A stretch of 64,000 nucleotides of DNA from Nanobdellota archaeon. GTDB lineage: Archaea; Nanobdellota; Nanobdellia; Pacearchaeales; GW2011-AR1. Every line of letters begins with the position of its first letter. Position 1 is the first letter of the stretch. Below the pieces are notes generated by a model. It saw only the letters and a list, made by a program, of their open reading frames with translations. It searched no databases and was not told the DNA's origin. Location of the stretch: assembly GCA_038046245.1 (NCBI GenBank), contig JBBSWO010000003.1, positions 118,959-182,958 of the forward strand, read 5' to 3'. Below are positions 38,539-48,881 of the stretch, one piece after another. A program made the translations under genes and the position numbers.

Positions 38539-38976
38539 CTATTTTATTTTTCCAGCAGCAGATAACAAAATATTATATGTCCATCTATGATATTCTGGAT
38601 GTTTTTCCATTAATTTATCTGTATCTTCACCAAGATTAAAAATATCATTTAAAGCTATAGCAACGGCAGGAGACCTATTTACACCTCTGCGACAATGAAC
38701 CAAAAGAGTTTCGCATCCATTTCTTCCTTCAGCAAAATCATTAATAATTTGCTTAGCTAAATCAATATCAAGATGTTTACGATCTTTTAGTGGAAAATGT
38801 GGATCAGTATCATCGAATCCATAGCTTTGAATTCTTCTAAAAAGAGAGGACTCTTGTAAAGGCCTGTCATCATGGTAACTATGTAATTTAGGAGAATATT
38901 TTATCCTTATAACATAAGTAGAATCTGTGGGAGTGTATTCTAATGCCTCTGTAAGACCCATTATCAAAATTTTCAT
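38539..38976 (-). CDS. Dual-specificity / protein-tyrosine phosphatase-like (CX5R)
   Basis: VHCRRGVNRS P-loop. Confidence 0.7.
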   Translation of the reverse strand: MKILIMGLTEALEYTPTDSTYVIRIKYSPKLHSYHDDRPLQESSLFRRIQSYGFDDTDPHFPLKDRKHLDIDLAKQIINDFAEGRNGCETLLVHCRRGVNRSPAVAIALNDIFNLGEDTDKLMEKHPEYHRWTYNILLSAAGKIK

Positions 38977-39009
38977 AGAATTCTAAGAAAAATACACTTA
39001 TAAAAATTA

Positions 39010-39666
39010 TTATCCTAGAAACTCTTTCAATTCATACAGTGATGAAATGGTTAAAGAAGGTTTAGTATTATGAAAAGTATATTCTCCTCTGTCTATCAAT
39101 ATATCAAAAACTCCGGCGTTTCTGGCCGTCTGGATATCTTCATCACCATTTCCAACATACACTGCTTCATTTTTATTCACACCCAACAAACTTAAACACT
39201 CTTCCAATCCCTGAGGATGGGGTTTTGGAGTAAACCCATTCATCCTATGAGCAACAACTATTGCATCAAAATTTTCCTCCCCAATCATACCAATCTCCAT
39301 TTCTGCTATATGCAAAGGAGCTCCAGTAACAATCCCGGTTTTACATCCAGCTCTTTGTAAATCTCCAATAAAACCGACATCGTCATATGTTTTTGCAAAC
39401 TTTCTCCTTAACTCTACAGTATCGTATTTTTTGAAAGGACCCCAAAAAGCATCAATAGTTAAACCAAAATCTTTTGTTACTATTTCATCTCTGTTAGTTT
39501 CAAACCAAAATCTATCAATATCTTCTTTAGAATATTTTACTCCCAAATCATCTAATATCTTCCCAACAACAGTATACCTAAATTCAGGCTCAGAGTGAAT
39601 AAGTGTTCCGTCAAGATCAAAAATTGCTGCTTTATACTTCATATGAGAATAAAATATCCTTCTCAT
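39010..39666 (-). CDS. HAD-superfamily hydrolase (phosphatase / beta-phosphoglucomutase-like)
   Basis: Motif I AAIFDLDGTL. Motif IV GDGDED-like VGNGDEDI. Confidence 0.8.
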   Translation of the reverse strand: MRRIFYSHMKYKAAIFDLDGTLIHSEPEFRYTVVGKILDDLGVKYSKEDIDRFWFETNRDEIVTKDFGLTIDAFWGPFKKYDTVELRRKFAKTYDDVGFIGDLQRAGCKTGIVTGAPLHIAEMEIGMIGEENFDAIVVAHRMNGFTPKPHPQGLEECLSLLGVNKNEAVYVGNGDEDIQTARNAGVFDILIDRGEYTFHNTKPSLTISSLYELKEFLG

Positions 39667-39765
39667 TTATAAAAATTATTGCACTAAACCCCAATCAAAA
39701 CCCCTTAATCCAAAAATTCAAATTTAAAAAATAAAAAAAGAAAAATCATTTACAAAGAAGATTAA

Positions 39766-40113
39766 TTAAAATCTGTCTCTGTTTCCGCCGCCGAATCTTC
39801 TGCCGCCACCGCCACCAAATCCGCCGCCTCTGTTTCCAAAGTCTCTTCTAGGTGGTCTTGGTCTGTCAGGATCCATTGGCTTTGCTTCATTAACTTTAAG
39901 TCTTCGTCCTTCAACTTCTTTGTCATTCATTTCTGAAATGGCTTTCTTAGCTGACTCGTCGTCCTTAAAAGTTACGAACCCAAATCCTTTTGATCTGCCT
40001 GAAAACTTGTTCATAATAACAGTTGCTTCTTCAATTTCCCCGAATCCGGAGAAAATCTCGTTAAGCTTGTCATTGTCAACACTAAAAGGCAAATTCCCTA
40101 CGTACACTTTCAT
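39766..40113 (-). CDS. RRM-domain glycine-rich RNA-binding protein
   Basis: RNP-2 VYVGNL. RNP-1 KGFGFVTF. C-terminal RGGGFGGGGGRRFGGG tail. Confidence 0.8.
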   Translation of the reverse strand: MKVYVGNLPFSVDNDKLNEIFSGFGEIEEATVIMNKFSGRSKGFGFVTFKDDESAKKAISEMNDKEVEGRRLKVNEAKPMDPDRPRPPRRDFGNRGGGFGGGGGRRFGGGNRDRF

Positions 40114-40221
40114 TCTTGTCCTCCATCTGTATTTAGTCGTTCTGCTTTGCTACTTCTTAAAAAATAGTCCGCAAACTCTCACCTTATTTCACAATAGCTG
40201 TTTTTAAAGTTTGCTATTAGG

Positions 40222-41043
40222 CTACTCAGCCCTATATCTCAATTCCTCACACTTTCCCTTTATGTAAGCAGTAATTTTACCATTATCTCCCAGCGAATCG
40301 AGGGTTTCTCTAGGTATTGGCTCTCCGATTACCATAGTAATTTTCTCTCCCCTCTTATTCCAGGCTTCTTTCATTAGATATGTCAGTCTAATTTGACGTG
40401 TTAGTTTATGCCTTGCAAAAAAGTTATAATGTCCTTTATGGTCCGGTCCATGAAAGTAAACCGGAACAACATTTTTAGCATATTTGACTATTCTACCTAA
40501 ACTTTGCCTCCAGGGAAATTCCCTCAGATTCTCTCCGGAAATTTCAGCAGCAGGACACAAAAAAACGTCATCTTCTTTTAAAGTGGAGATTATTTTACGG
40601 GATGAAGACAAAGAATTTCTCCCATAAGGATCAACAGCAATCATTCTGGCCTCTATTCCAGGAACTAACTTCAATATTTTATCACCAACAACAATAACTT
40701 TCCTCCCCTTTTTTTCAACCAGCCGACTGAATTCCCCGTAAGCAATTGCTCCCTCAGGCATTCCATAAGGATGATTAGATGGATAAAGTGTCCCTTTTTC
40801 GTCAGGAATATTCTCAGCACCAATAATCTCAGTTTCAAATCCAAAATCATTAGCAGCTCCCACAAACGCTTCTGTAAACCCTTCTGCCCTAATCTTTTCA
40901 TCAACTCTCAAAAAAAGCTCCAACGTCTCAGAAACTTTAAAGGACCTAGGGATTATTCTTGAACACATCAGCATTATTTCAAGGCTACGTCTAGGATTGT
41001 GATCTTTGTATAGTCTCCTTAATACTTTCATAGAACCACCCAA
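40222..41043 (-). CDS. Hypothetical protein (273 aa), possibly acyltransferase-like
   Basis: ORF. Weak SNHPYG-type motif only. Confidence 0.45.
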   Translation of the reverse strand: MGGSMKVLRRLYKDHNPRRSLEIMLMCSRIIPRSFKVSETLELFLRVDEKIRAEGFTEAFVGAANDFGFETEIIGAENIPDEKGTLYPSNHPYGMPEGAIAYGEFSRLVEKKGRKVIVVGDKILKLVPGIEARMIAVDPYGRNSLSSSRKIISTLKEDDVFLCPAAEISGENLREFPWRQSLGRIVKYAKNVVPVYFHGPDHKGHYNFFARHKLTRQIRLTYLMKEAWNKRGEKITMVIGEPIPRETLDSLGDNGKITAYIKGKCEELRYRAE

Positions 41044-41074
41044 TTTTCAGACTTTAAAAAGAAATCGCTAATGC

Positions 41075-42352
41075 CTACTTCTTCGATTTTATAACCTTAA
41101 ATCCAGTATAAGACCACAATGCTTTAGGGATTTTTATGCTTCCATCTTTTTGCTGGAAGTTTTCCAATATTGCAACCATGATTCTTGAAGTTGCTATGAC
41201 AGTGTTGTTCAAAGTATGGGCAAAATATCTTTCCTTCCCATTATCAATTCTTATTCCCAATCTTCTTGCCTGAGCATCTCCCATATTTGACAAAGAAGTG
41301 ATTTCAAAATATTCCTTTCTCTTAGGACTCCATGCTTCAAAATCACATTGTTTGGCTTTCAGATCTCCCAGGTCCCCAGAACAAATCTCCAGAATCCTGA
41401 ACGGGAATTCAAGCTCTTTGAAAAGTTCAACACTCATCTTCATCATCTCATCATACCATTTGCTTGATTCAGAAGGTTCACATATTACAATCATTTCCTG
41501 TTTGTTGAACTGATGAGTTCTGTAAATCCCTTTTTCATCAATTCCATGGCTCCCTATTTCTTTCCTGAAACACATTGAATAAGAAGTTTGTTTTACAGGA
41601 ATGTTTTTGGATGTCAAGGTCTTTCCTATGAACATTCCAATCAAAGGATGCTCTGATGTAGCAATTAAGTAAAGATCCTCTCCGTCAATCTTATAGGACA
41701 TCTGCTCAATCTCATTTTTAGAATAAACTCCCCTTAAGATTTCCTCTCTTATCATCAAAGGAGGTTCAATGTATTCAAATCCTTTTTTCATCATGAAGTC
41801 TCTTGCAAAATTTATCAGAGCCATATTTAGCAAAGCAAGCTCGTTTTTCAAAACATAAAATCCTTTTCCAGAAATATTCGCAGAAGAATCAAAATCCAGA
41901 ATTCCTAATTTTTCTCCAAGCTCAGCATGACCCTTTGCCTCAAATCCCAATTTTGCAGGCTTTCCAAAAACCTTTGCGACTTTATTTTCAGAAGCATCTT
42001 TTCCTACAGGGACACTCTTGTCCATGATGTTGGGAATCTGCAAAGACATATTATAAACTTCATCCTCAAGCTTTTTTCTTTGAACCAAAACTTTTTCTAT
42101 TTCCTCCGGGATTTCTTTCGCTTTCTTAAGTTCGTTCTTGGCATTTTTTCCGGCTTTTTTAAGTTCATTTATTTCCTGGGAAATCTTGTTTCTTTCGGAC
42201 CTTAGATTGTCCTCTTTATATTTAAGTGCTCTCCATTCATCGTCAAACTTCCTGATCTTATCGACCAAAACAAGTTTTTCACTTTGAAATTTCTTTTTTA
42301 TGTTCTCTTTCACAATCTCAGGATGCTCTCTTATCAATCTTATGTCAATCAT
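41075..42352 (-). CDS. serS: Seryl-tRNA synthetase
   Basis: N-terminal coiled-coil arm (MIDIRLIREHPE...), class II motifs. 425 aa. Confidence 0.9.
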   Translation of the reverse strand: MIDIRLIREHPEIVKENIKKKFQSEKLVLVDKIRKFDDEWRALKYKEDNLRSERNKISQEINELKKAGKNAKNELKKAKEIPEEIEKVLVQRKKLEDEVYNMSLQIPNIMDKSVPVGKDASENKVAKVFGKPAKLGFEAKGHAELGEKLGILDFDSSANISGKGFYVLKNELALLNMALINFARDFMMKKGFEYIEPPLMIREEILRGVYSKNEIEQMSYKIDGEDLYLIATSEHPLIGMFIGKTLTSKNIPVKQTSYSMCFRKEIGSHGIDEKGIYRTHQFNKQEMIVICEPSESSKWYDEMMKMSVELFKELEFPFRILEICSGDLGDLKAKQCDFEAWSPKRKEYFEITSLSNMGDAQARRLGIRIDNGKERYFAHTLNNTVIATSRIMVAILENFQQKDGSIKIPKALWSYTGFKVIKSKK

Positions 42353-42406
42353 AGTTCCAAAAAGTAACGGAGATATTTAAATTTATTGAATCAAAAATAG
42401 GGCAAT

Positions 42407-44116
42407 CTAATTCTTTTCGACATCCGGACCGTCCTGGCCCAGTCTTTTTCTTTCATCCAGAAGTTTGATGTGCTTTTCCTTCTCGCCTTTATAATTTGTA
42501 GAAGAAAGGCCAAATCCTTTTATCATATTAGCGACATATTCTCCTCCAAGGAAGTGTGGGGTCAAAACATAATCTGCTCCTTCTTTGTACAGATTCATTG
42601 CATCATCTATATGATGGGCTCTTACAATTACAATGGCTTTCGGATTAATTTCCTTCACAGTTTTTATCAACAAAAGGTTTGCTTCTACAGAAGGAATTGT
42701 CGAGACTATGAGTTTCGATTTTCTTAAAGGAAGCTCTCTTAATAATTCACTGTCATAAACATCTCCATATATTACGGGGATTCTGAATTTCTTTAAGTTT
42801 GAGACTATCTCGGGATCATAATCAACCACTACATACCTGTTCGAAACTGCCTTGAATGACTTTAATATGCTGAATCCGATTCTGTTGTATCCAAAGAGTA
42901 TTGTATCGTAGCTGTCCAAGATTTTTTTCTTTTCATTTTTTACATTTCTTCTTTCAAACACTCCAAGATATCTGGAAAAGAATGGATAGATTTTATCTGA
43001 ATACGTTATCAAATACGATGAACCTGCAATCGTTATGAGACCGACCATCGTGATTATGGAAAGTATTTCTGAACTCAAATATCCAACCGTTACTCCCAAA
43101 GCGACTATTATTATAGAAAACTCACTTATTTGCGCCACAGTTATTCCCACCATAAACCCTGTTCTCTTTGTATAACCCAATATTCCTACAAGAGACATGA
43201 CAATAAGCGGATTCACTATAAGGACAAAAAGGGATAAAATAATGATAGAAAAAATATTGCTGCCAACATCGCTAATCGCTATCTGTGATCCAACGATGAC
43301 AAAGAATATTATTATGAAAAAGTCCCTTAAAGGTTTTAATTTTGAACTGATTTCACTGCTATAGGGAGAAACAGAAAGTGCAACTCCGGCGAGAAGCGCC
43401 CCTATCTCCAAGGAGAAATCTATGAACTGGAAAAGGCTCGCTATAGCAAAAGCCCATGTCAAAGAAAATATGAACAAAAACTCCTGAGACTTCGCCGCGA
43501 ATTTTGTTATTTTTGGGAGAACAAATATGCTGACTAACAATAATAATCCAAGTATTATCACTCCTTTTATTATCGTAGAAAAGACCAATGAAGCAGTCGT
43601 GTCAACTCCTGAAGATGATGAAATTGTAAATAAGATTATCGCCGCTATCAGATCTTGTATAATCAAAAGACCAGTAGAGATTTTTCCATAAACGCTGCTT
43701 ATTTCTCCTTTATCGCTAAGAAGTTTCATGACAACAATTGTGCTCCCAAAAGTCAAAGCGATCGAGACATAAAAAGAGGTCAGGCTTGAAAATCCAAGAG
43801 CTTTTGCAATCAAAAATCCAACGGCTGAAGTAAAAATAACCTGGCCGACACCGAGTATGACTGAAGATTTTCCAATCTCTTTTATAACTTTAGGATTTAA
43901 ATGCAATCCAACAGTAAAAAGAAGAAGTGCAACACCCATTTTTGCAAAGACTCCGATTGTGCTTTCTTTTTCAAGAAGGTTCAAGAAATAAGGGCCGGCA
44001 ATAATTCCTGTAAAAATATAACCTATAATGAGGGGCTGTTTCAAAATTCTCATTAAAAATGAAACCAAGAAAGCTATTCCTATTATCAGGCTAATGTTCA
44101 AAAATATGTCGGCCAT
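42407..44116 (-). CDS. CPA2-family cation:proton antiporter (Kef-type) with a C-terminal RCK/TrkA-N domain
   Basis: About 12-TM domain, then an ILFGYNRIG Rossmann-like RCK domain. Confidence 0.8.
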   Translation of the reverse strand: MADIFLNISLIIGIAFLVSFLMRILKQPLIIGYIFTGIIAGPYFLNLLEKESTIGVFAKMGVALLLFTVGLHLNPKVIKEIGKSSVILGVGQVIFTSAVGFLIAKALGFSSLTSFYVSIALTFGSTIVVMKLLSDKGEISSVYGKISTGLLIIQDLIAAIILFTISSSSGVDTTASLVFSTIIKGVIILGLLLLVSIFVLPKITKFAAKSQEFLFIFSLTWAFAIASLFQFIDFSLEIGALLAGVALSVSPYSSEISSKLKPLRDFFIIIFFVIVGSQIAISDVGSNIFSIIILSLFVLIVNPLIVMSLVGILGYTKRTGFMVGITVAQISEFSIIIVALGVTVGYLSSEILSIITMVGLITIAGSSYLITYSDKIYPFFSRYLGVFERRNVKNEKKKILDSYDTILFGYNRIGFSILKSFKAVSNRYVVVDYDPEIVSNLKKFRIPVIYGDVYDSELLRELPLRKSKLIVSTIPSVEANLLLIKTVKEINPKAIVIVRAHHIDDAMNLYKEGADYVLTPHFLGGEYVANMIKGFGLSSTNYKGEKEKHIKLLDERKRLGQDGPDVEKN

Positions 44117-44164
44117 TTTCCCCTCTTTATTATCTAACTAAAAATATCTATATAAGTTTTCTGG

Positions 44165-44752
44165 TCAGCTAAAGGCCTTCCCAAGAAGAAGCATTGCCAA
44201 AATTCCCACGCTGTTCATAATGAAGCTTATTATTGCAAAAACGCTTGTCCTTACATGGGCCACGCCTTCAAGCATTGTAACTCCTAACTCATCAGGCAGC
44301 GGGGAAGCAATGATGATCGCTCCAACTAAGTATTGCAGATAAATTTTCAGTTTTAAAATATGCTTGTTGGAAAAAGATTTTTTTATATGATGAAATAATT
44401 TAGTTTCCTCCAATTCTTCAAACTCGTCCATGAAAGAAAATTTTGTCAGGTTTAAAATTAACAAGTCTGATATTAAAGCACCCACTGCACCTATAAAAAA
44501 TGTCAGAAATATATTATCTGGATGTATTGTAAGAAAAAATCCCACAGCAAAGGGCGTTGAAAAACCAAACGAGAACAAAAGACCGGCTATAAACACCCCT
44601 AAATAACTTAATTCATTAAGGTTATTTAAATAAGAGGTAATTCCAGAATATCTGAAAATAAAATATGCAGCTATTGACAAAAACAGCAGGGTCAAAAGTT
44701 TAGGATATCCCTTTTTATGGTTGTAATTATGGCTTAACCTTTTCTTTTTCAT
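44165..44752 (-). CDS. Membrane protein (5 TM), hypothetical
   Basis: Hydrophobicity. Confidence 0.45.
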   Translation of the reverse strand: MKKKRLSHNYNHKKGYPKLLTLLFLSIAAYFIFRYSGITSYLNNLNELSYLGVFIAGLLFSFGFSTPFAVGFFLTIHPDNIFLTFFIGAVGALISDLLILNLTKFSFMDEFEELEETKLFHHIKKSFSNKHILKLKIYLQYLVGAIIIASPLPDELGVTMLEGVAHVRTSVFAIISFIMNSVGILAMLLLGKAFS

Positions 44753-44842
44753 TTAGAATCCATCACCTTTACTATATGATGATTTTTGTATTTAAAAGGA
44801 TTTTCACCTAAGATTTATAAGTATTATTCCCTTAAAAAATGC

Positions 44843-47482
44843 ATGGCTAAAGAAGAGGGTTTGGATGAAGAAGAGGCAAAAAAACTTCTTGAAAAATACG
44901 GAAAGAATGAAATTGAGGAAGTTAACAAAATTTCTATAACTGAGATTCTTTTAAGACAGGTAAAAGGCAACTTCATGATTTATCTCCTTTTGGCTGCATT
45001 CCTTATTTCTTTCCTGGTTGAAAAAATGCTCACGGCCTACGTAATACTTGCAGTCATTGCAATAGTAGTAATTGTTGGATTTATCCAAGAGTATAAGGCA
45101 GAGAAAGCAGTAAGCGCTTTGAGAAGTATGATAATGCCAATAACGATTGTGATAAGAGAGGGTAGAGAGAAAGAAATTCACTCCAACGAGATTGTTCCAG
45201 GAGACATCCTAATCTTGAGAAATGGAGAGAGAATTCCTGCAGACTGTACAATTTTAAGTGAAAAAAATCTCCGTGTTGACGAATCTGTTCTGACGGGAGA
45301 ATCAAAAGAGATTAAAAAAAGTCCCACAAAAAATCTTGGAGAATATTCAGACGAGAACACTCTTTTTATGGGTTCTTATATAATAAGCGGAAAATGCGTA
45401 ACTAAAGTCTTAAGGACAGGAATGTCGACGCAGTTTGGAAAAATAGCAAGCATGATTTCAAAAGCTGAAAAAGATCTTCCTTTAAGAGGAAAAGTCAACA
45501 AGATATCAAAATATATGGCGATTGTAGCCATAAGCATCGCAATTCTTACAGGATTGATAACTCTTGCCCAGACTCACCCAGCATCAAAAGAGAACGTCAT
45601 AGAAATCTTGATTTTAGTTATCGCAATAGCTGTTTCCGCCGTCCCTGAAGGAATGCCCGTAGCATTGATATCTACTCTGTCAATAGGAGCTTACAGGATG
45701 GCCAAGAAAAACGCAATTGTCAACAGAGTCTCAATAATAGAAACACTTGGAGAGACAACAGTCATATGTTCTGACAAGACAGGAACAATAACGAAAGGAG
45801 AAATGACTGTGAAAAAAATCTTAACAGGACAGAGAGAATATGACATTACCGGTGCTGGCTATGAAGGAAAAGGAAATTTTTTAATTGATAATCAAAGCAT
45901 TGAGGTCTCAAAACATGAAAATTTAAATTTAATTTTAAAAGCCGCAACAATCTGTAATGACTCTACAATTTCAAGGACGGGAGATGATATGATTTTCAAA
46001 CCTATTGGAACTCCGACGGAAGCAGCACTTTTAATTGCTGCTGCAAAAGCGGGAATTTTCAAGGAAGATTTAAAGTTCAGTGTTGAAGAAGAAATGCCAT
46101 TTAGCTCCGAAAGAAAAATCATGAGCATACTCGCAAAAGAAGGCAGAGAAAAAACAGTCTATGTAAAAGGTGCATTGGAAATTATTCTGTCAAAATGCAC
46201 CCAAATAAAAAAAGAGGATGGAGTCTACAAACTTCTCGAAAAAGAAAAAGCAAAGATTCTTGACAGCAACCACAATCTTGCCTCAAACACGTATAGGACC
46301 TTGGGAATTGCATACAAAAAAAATAATCTGAAAAAAATGGAAGAGGAATTAATCTTCTTGGGGGTAGTTGCCCTCGAAGATCCACCCCGTGACGAAATAA
46401 AAGAGGCACTTGCAACATGCACAAGAGCGGGAATATCTGTCAAGATGATTACGGGAGACAACAAAGAGACAGCTGTTTCTATTGCGAAACAGATAGGTCT
46501 TGAATACAAAAGAGTTTTCACTGGTCAGGAGATCGATGAAATCAGCGACGCAAATCTCCTAAAAATAATAAAAGACATAACGATTTTCGTGAGAGTCCGA
46601 CCAGAGCACAAATTAAGGATTGTAAAAATCCTGAAGCAAAACGGAGAGATTGTCACAATGACTGGCGACGGAGTCAATGACGCTCCAGCACTCAAAGAAG
46701 CCCATATAGGTGTAGCAATGGGCATAAATGGAACAGACGTTTCAAGATCAGTCGCTGATCTGACTTTAAAAGATGACAACTTCGCAACAATAGTCGATGC
46801 AATAAAAGAGGGAAGGACAATTTTTTACAACATAAGAAAATTTGTAAGCTATCAATTGTCATGCAATCATGCTGAGCTGGCAATCCTTTTTTTAGGGGTC
46901 TTGCTCGCCCCCTTAATAGGTTGGCCAATTCCGCTCCTTCTCGCACTCCATATCTTATTCATGAACCTTGTCACAGACAATCTTCCATCACTAACGCTGG
47001 GACTAAATCCTTCATCTGATGATATTATGGAAGGCAGAAGCCTGAAAAACTCAGATTTGTTAAACAGAAAGCTGCACATATTGATAGCATTTTCTGGATT
47101 GGTGATGTGTATCTTGACCCTTGCTGTTTTCTACTTAACCTATAGCGTCCTGCACCAGCCTCTTGAATACGCAAGAACAACTGCTCTGGCAACTTTGATA
47201 ATAGTTGAAATCGCAGGCGCATTTAACTTTAGATCATTCAGGAAAGGTGTCCTCACAAGATCCCCTTTCGTCAACAAATATTTAGCATACGCTTCATTCG
47301 TATCAATACTAGCAACTTTGGTCATAATATATACTCCTGCAAGTTCCTTGTTCTCAACAGCGCCAATTGGAGTCAATGACTGGATAATCGCCCTCAGTGC
47401 AGCATTTGTATTTTTCGCACTATTTGATACTCTCAAGCACTTTAACAACAAAAAACACTTCTGGAATGAGAATGTTGGTTGA
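44843..47482 (+). CDS. P-type cation-transporting ATPase (type II, Ca2+/cation pump-like)
   Basis: CSDKTGTITKGEM. TGDN. GDGVNDAPALKEAHIGVAM. A TATA-like tttataag at 44814-44821 favours the start at 44843 (MAKEEG). The track ORF begins at 44786. Confidence 0.85.
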   Translation: MAKEEGLDEEEAKKLLEKYGKNEIEEVNKISITEILLRQVKGNFMIYLLLAAFLISFLVEKMLTAYVILAVIAIVVIVGFIQEYKAEKAVSALRSMIMPITIVIREGREKEIHSNEIVPGDILILRNGERIPADCTILSEKNLRVDESVLTGESKEIKKSPTKNLGEYSDENTLFMGSYIISGKCVTKVLRTGMSTQFGKIASMISKAEKDLPLRGKVNKISKYMAIVAISIAILTGLITLAQTHPASKENVIEILILVIAIAVSAVPEGMPVALISTLSIGAYRMAKKNAIVNRVSIIETLGETTVICSDKTGTITKGEMTVKKILTGQREYDITGAGYEGKGNFLIDNQSIEVSKHENLNLILKAATICNDSTISRTGDDMIFKPIGTPTEAALLIAAAKAGIFKEDLKFSVEEEMPFSSERKIMSILAKEGREKTVYVKGALEIILSKCTQIKKEDGVYKLLEKEKAKILDSNHNLASNTYRTLGIAYKKNNLKKMEEELIFLGVVALEDPPRDEIKEALATCTRAGISVKMITGDNKETAVSIAKQIGLEYKRVFTGQEIDEISDANLLKIIKDITIFVRVRPEHKLRIVKILKQNGEIVTMTGDGVNDAPALKEAHIGVAMGINGTDVSRSVADLTLKDDNFATIVDAIKEGRTIFYNIRKFVSYQLSCNHAELAILFLGVLLAPLIGWPIPLLLALHILFMNLVTDNLPSLTLGLNPSSDDIMEGRSLKNSDLLNRKLHILIAFSGLVMCILTLAVFYLTYSVLHQPLEYARTTALATLIIVEIAGAFNFRSFRKGVLTRSPFVNKYLAYASFVSILATLVIIYTPASSLFSTAPIGVNDWIIALSAAFVFFALFDTLKHFNNKKHFWNENVG

Positions 47483-47519
47483 TAAAAAGGTTTTTAAACT
47501 AAATTCGAGGTTTTAAAGT

Positions 47520-47828
47520 ATGGGTAAAGTAAGAATAAAACTAGATAGCACAGACATAGACATGCTGAATGAAATATGCGCGTCCATCAGCGATACCGCT
47601 AAAAAATCAGGTATAGTTGTAAGCGGACCAGTTCCTCTGCCAACTCAAAAACTCAAGATAACTACGAGGAAATCTCCATGCGGCAATGGCACAGCAACTT
47701 TCGACAGGTTTGAAATGAGAATACACAAAAGACTTATCGACCTTCCTGCGAACGAAAAAGTTCTCCACCATATCATGAGAATGAAGATCCCAAAGAACAT
47801 CAACATAAAAATTGAGATGAAAGATTAA
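47520..47828 (+). CDS. rps10: Ribosomal protein uS10
   Basis: MGKVRIKL...GPVPLPT...FEMRIHKRLID signature. 102 aa. Confidence 0.9.
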   Translation: MGKVRIKLDSTDIDMLNEICASISDTAKKSGIVVSGPVPLPTQKLKITTRKSPCGNGTATFDRFEMRIHKRLIDLPANEKVLHHIMRMKIPKNINIKIEMKD

Positions 47829-47970
47829 TTCTAAATTAGCTTACTACAAAAAGAATCAACATGATTTTCCAAACAATTTTCAGGTCTTTTTTTGACTATA
47901 TAATAATGTGGTTTGAAGCATTATGAATTAACCTCAATAATCCTTATATATAATTAATCTAAGAATATTT

Positions 47971-48249
47971 ATGACCCCTCTTGAAGAATTAACCACTGAT
48001 GACCAAGGAGTGTCTAGAGTAGACAGAACGAAAGAGATTGTTCATCCTGAAAAGGTTGGAGAACCAAAAATAGTAAAAATATGTGAAAACTACGGAAAAG
48101 GTTTGATATTTGAGCGAATCTGGACGCTCCGTGAGAAAAATTATCCTGATGCTAACGGATACATAATAGGAAAGTTTGAAAATGTGGCTAGGGAAGAATA
48201 TCACACAGCCCAGGTTCAAGCAGCCCAAGTTCAATTCTACAAGTATTAA
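47971..48249 (+). CDS. Small hypothetical protein
   Basis: ORF only. Confidence 0.4.
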   Translation: MTPLEELTTDDQGVSRVDRTKEIVHPEKVGEPKIVKICENYGKGLIFERIWTLREKNYPDANGYIIGKFENVAREEYHTAQVQAAQVQFYKY

Positions 48250-48287
48250 TTCCCAAAACTTATAAACCCCAAAAAACATTTTCCTTA

Positions 48288-48881
48288 ATGAAAATAAGTG
48301 CAATACTTGTTATTGTTGCAGTACTATTGATTGCATTTTTTGTTTTCGGAAAAGGAAAAGTGACGGGAAACACGACAGGAGACACCACAATGGCTGATTC
48401 AAAAAAAATAAAATTCGAAACGACAGAAGGAAATTTTGTCATAAAGCTTTATGACGACATGCCAATCACTACAGGTAATTTTGTCAAGCTCGTAAATCAA
48501 GGATTCTATGACGGAGTTTTATTCCACAGAGTGATTGATGGTTTCATGATTCAGGGCGGAGATCCATTGACAAAAGATGCATCAAAAGAACGGCTTTGGG
48601 GAACAGGTGGACCAGGATATAATATCCAAGATGAATTCACACACAAAGGCGGAAACAAAAACAACAGAGGGACGATTTCAATGGCAAACTCTGGTCCAAA
48701 CACTGGAGGCTCTCAGTTTTTCATAAACACAATAAACAATAATTTCCTAGACACAAAACATCCTGCATTCGGAGAGGTAATTCAAGGAATGGATGTTGTT
48801 GACAAAATAAGCAAAGTTGAAGTTGACTCAAGCGACAGACCTTTAGAGCCTGTAAAAATAATAAAAGCTAGTTTGGTTTAA
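48288..48881 (+). CDS. Membrane-anchored cyclophilin-type peptidyl-prolyl cis-trans isomerase
   Basis: FHRVIDGFMIQGGD, SMANSGPNTGGSQFFI. Confidence 0.85.
   Translation: MKISAILVIVAVLLIAFFVFGKGKVTGNTTGDTTMADSKKIKFETTEGNFVIKLYDDMPITTGNFVKLVNQGFYDGVLFHRVIDGFMIQGGDPLTKDASKERLWGTGGPGYNIQDEFTHKGGNKNNRGTISMANSGPNTGGSQFFINTINNNFLDTKHPAFGEVIQGMDVVDKISKVEVDSSDRPLEPVKIIKASLV

Noticed and set aside
44951-47451. Many short antisense ORFs inside the P-type ATPase gene
   Set aside because: They are overlapped by a strongly supported 2.6-kb CDS with all P-type motifs.
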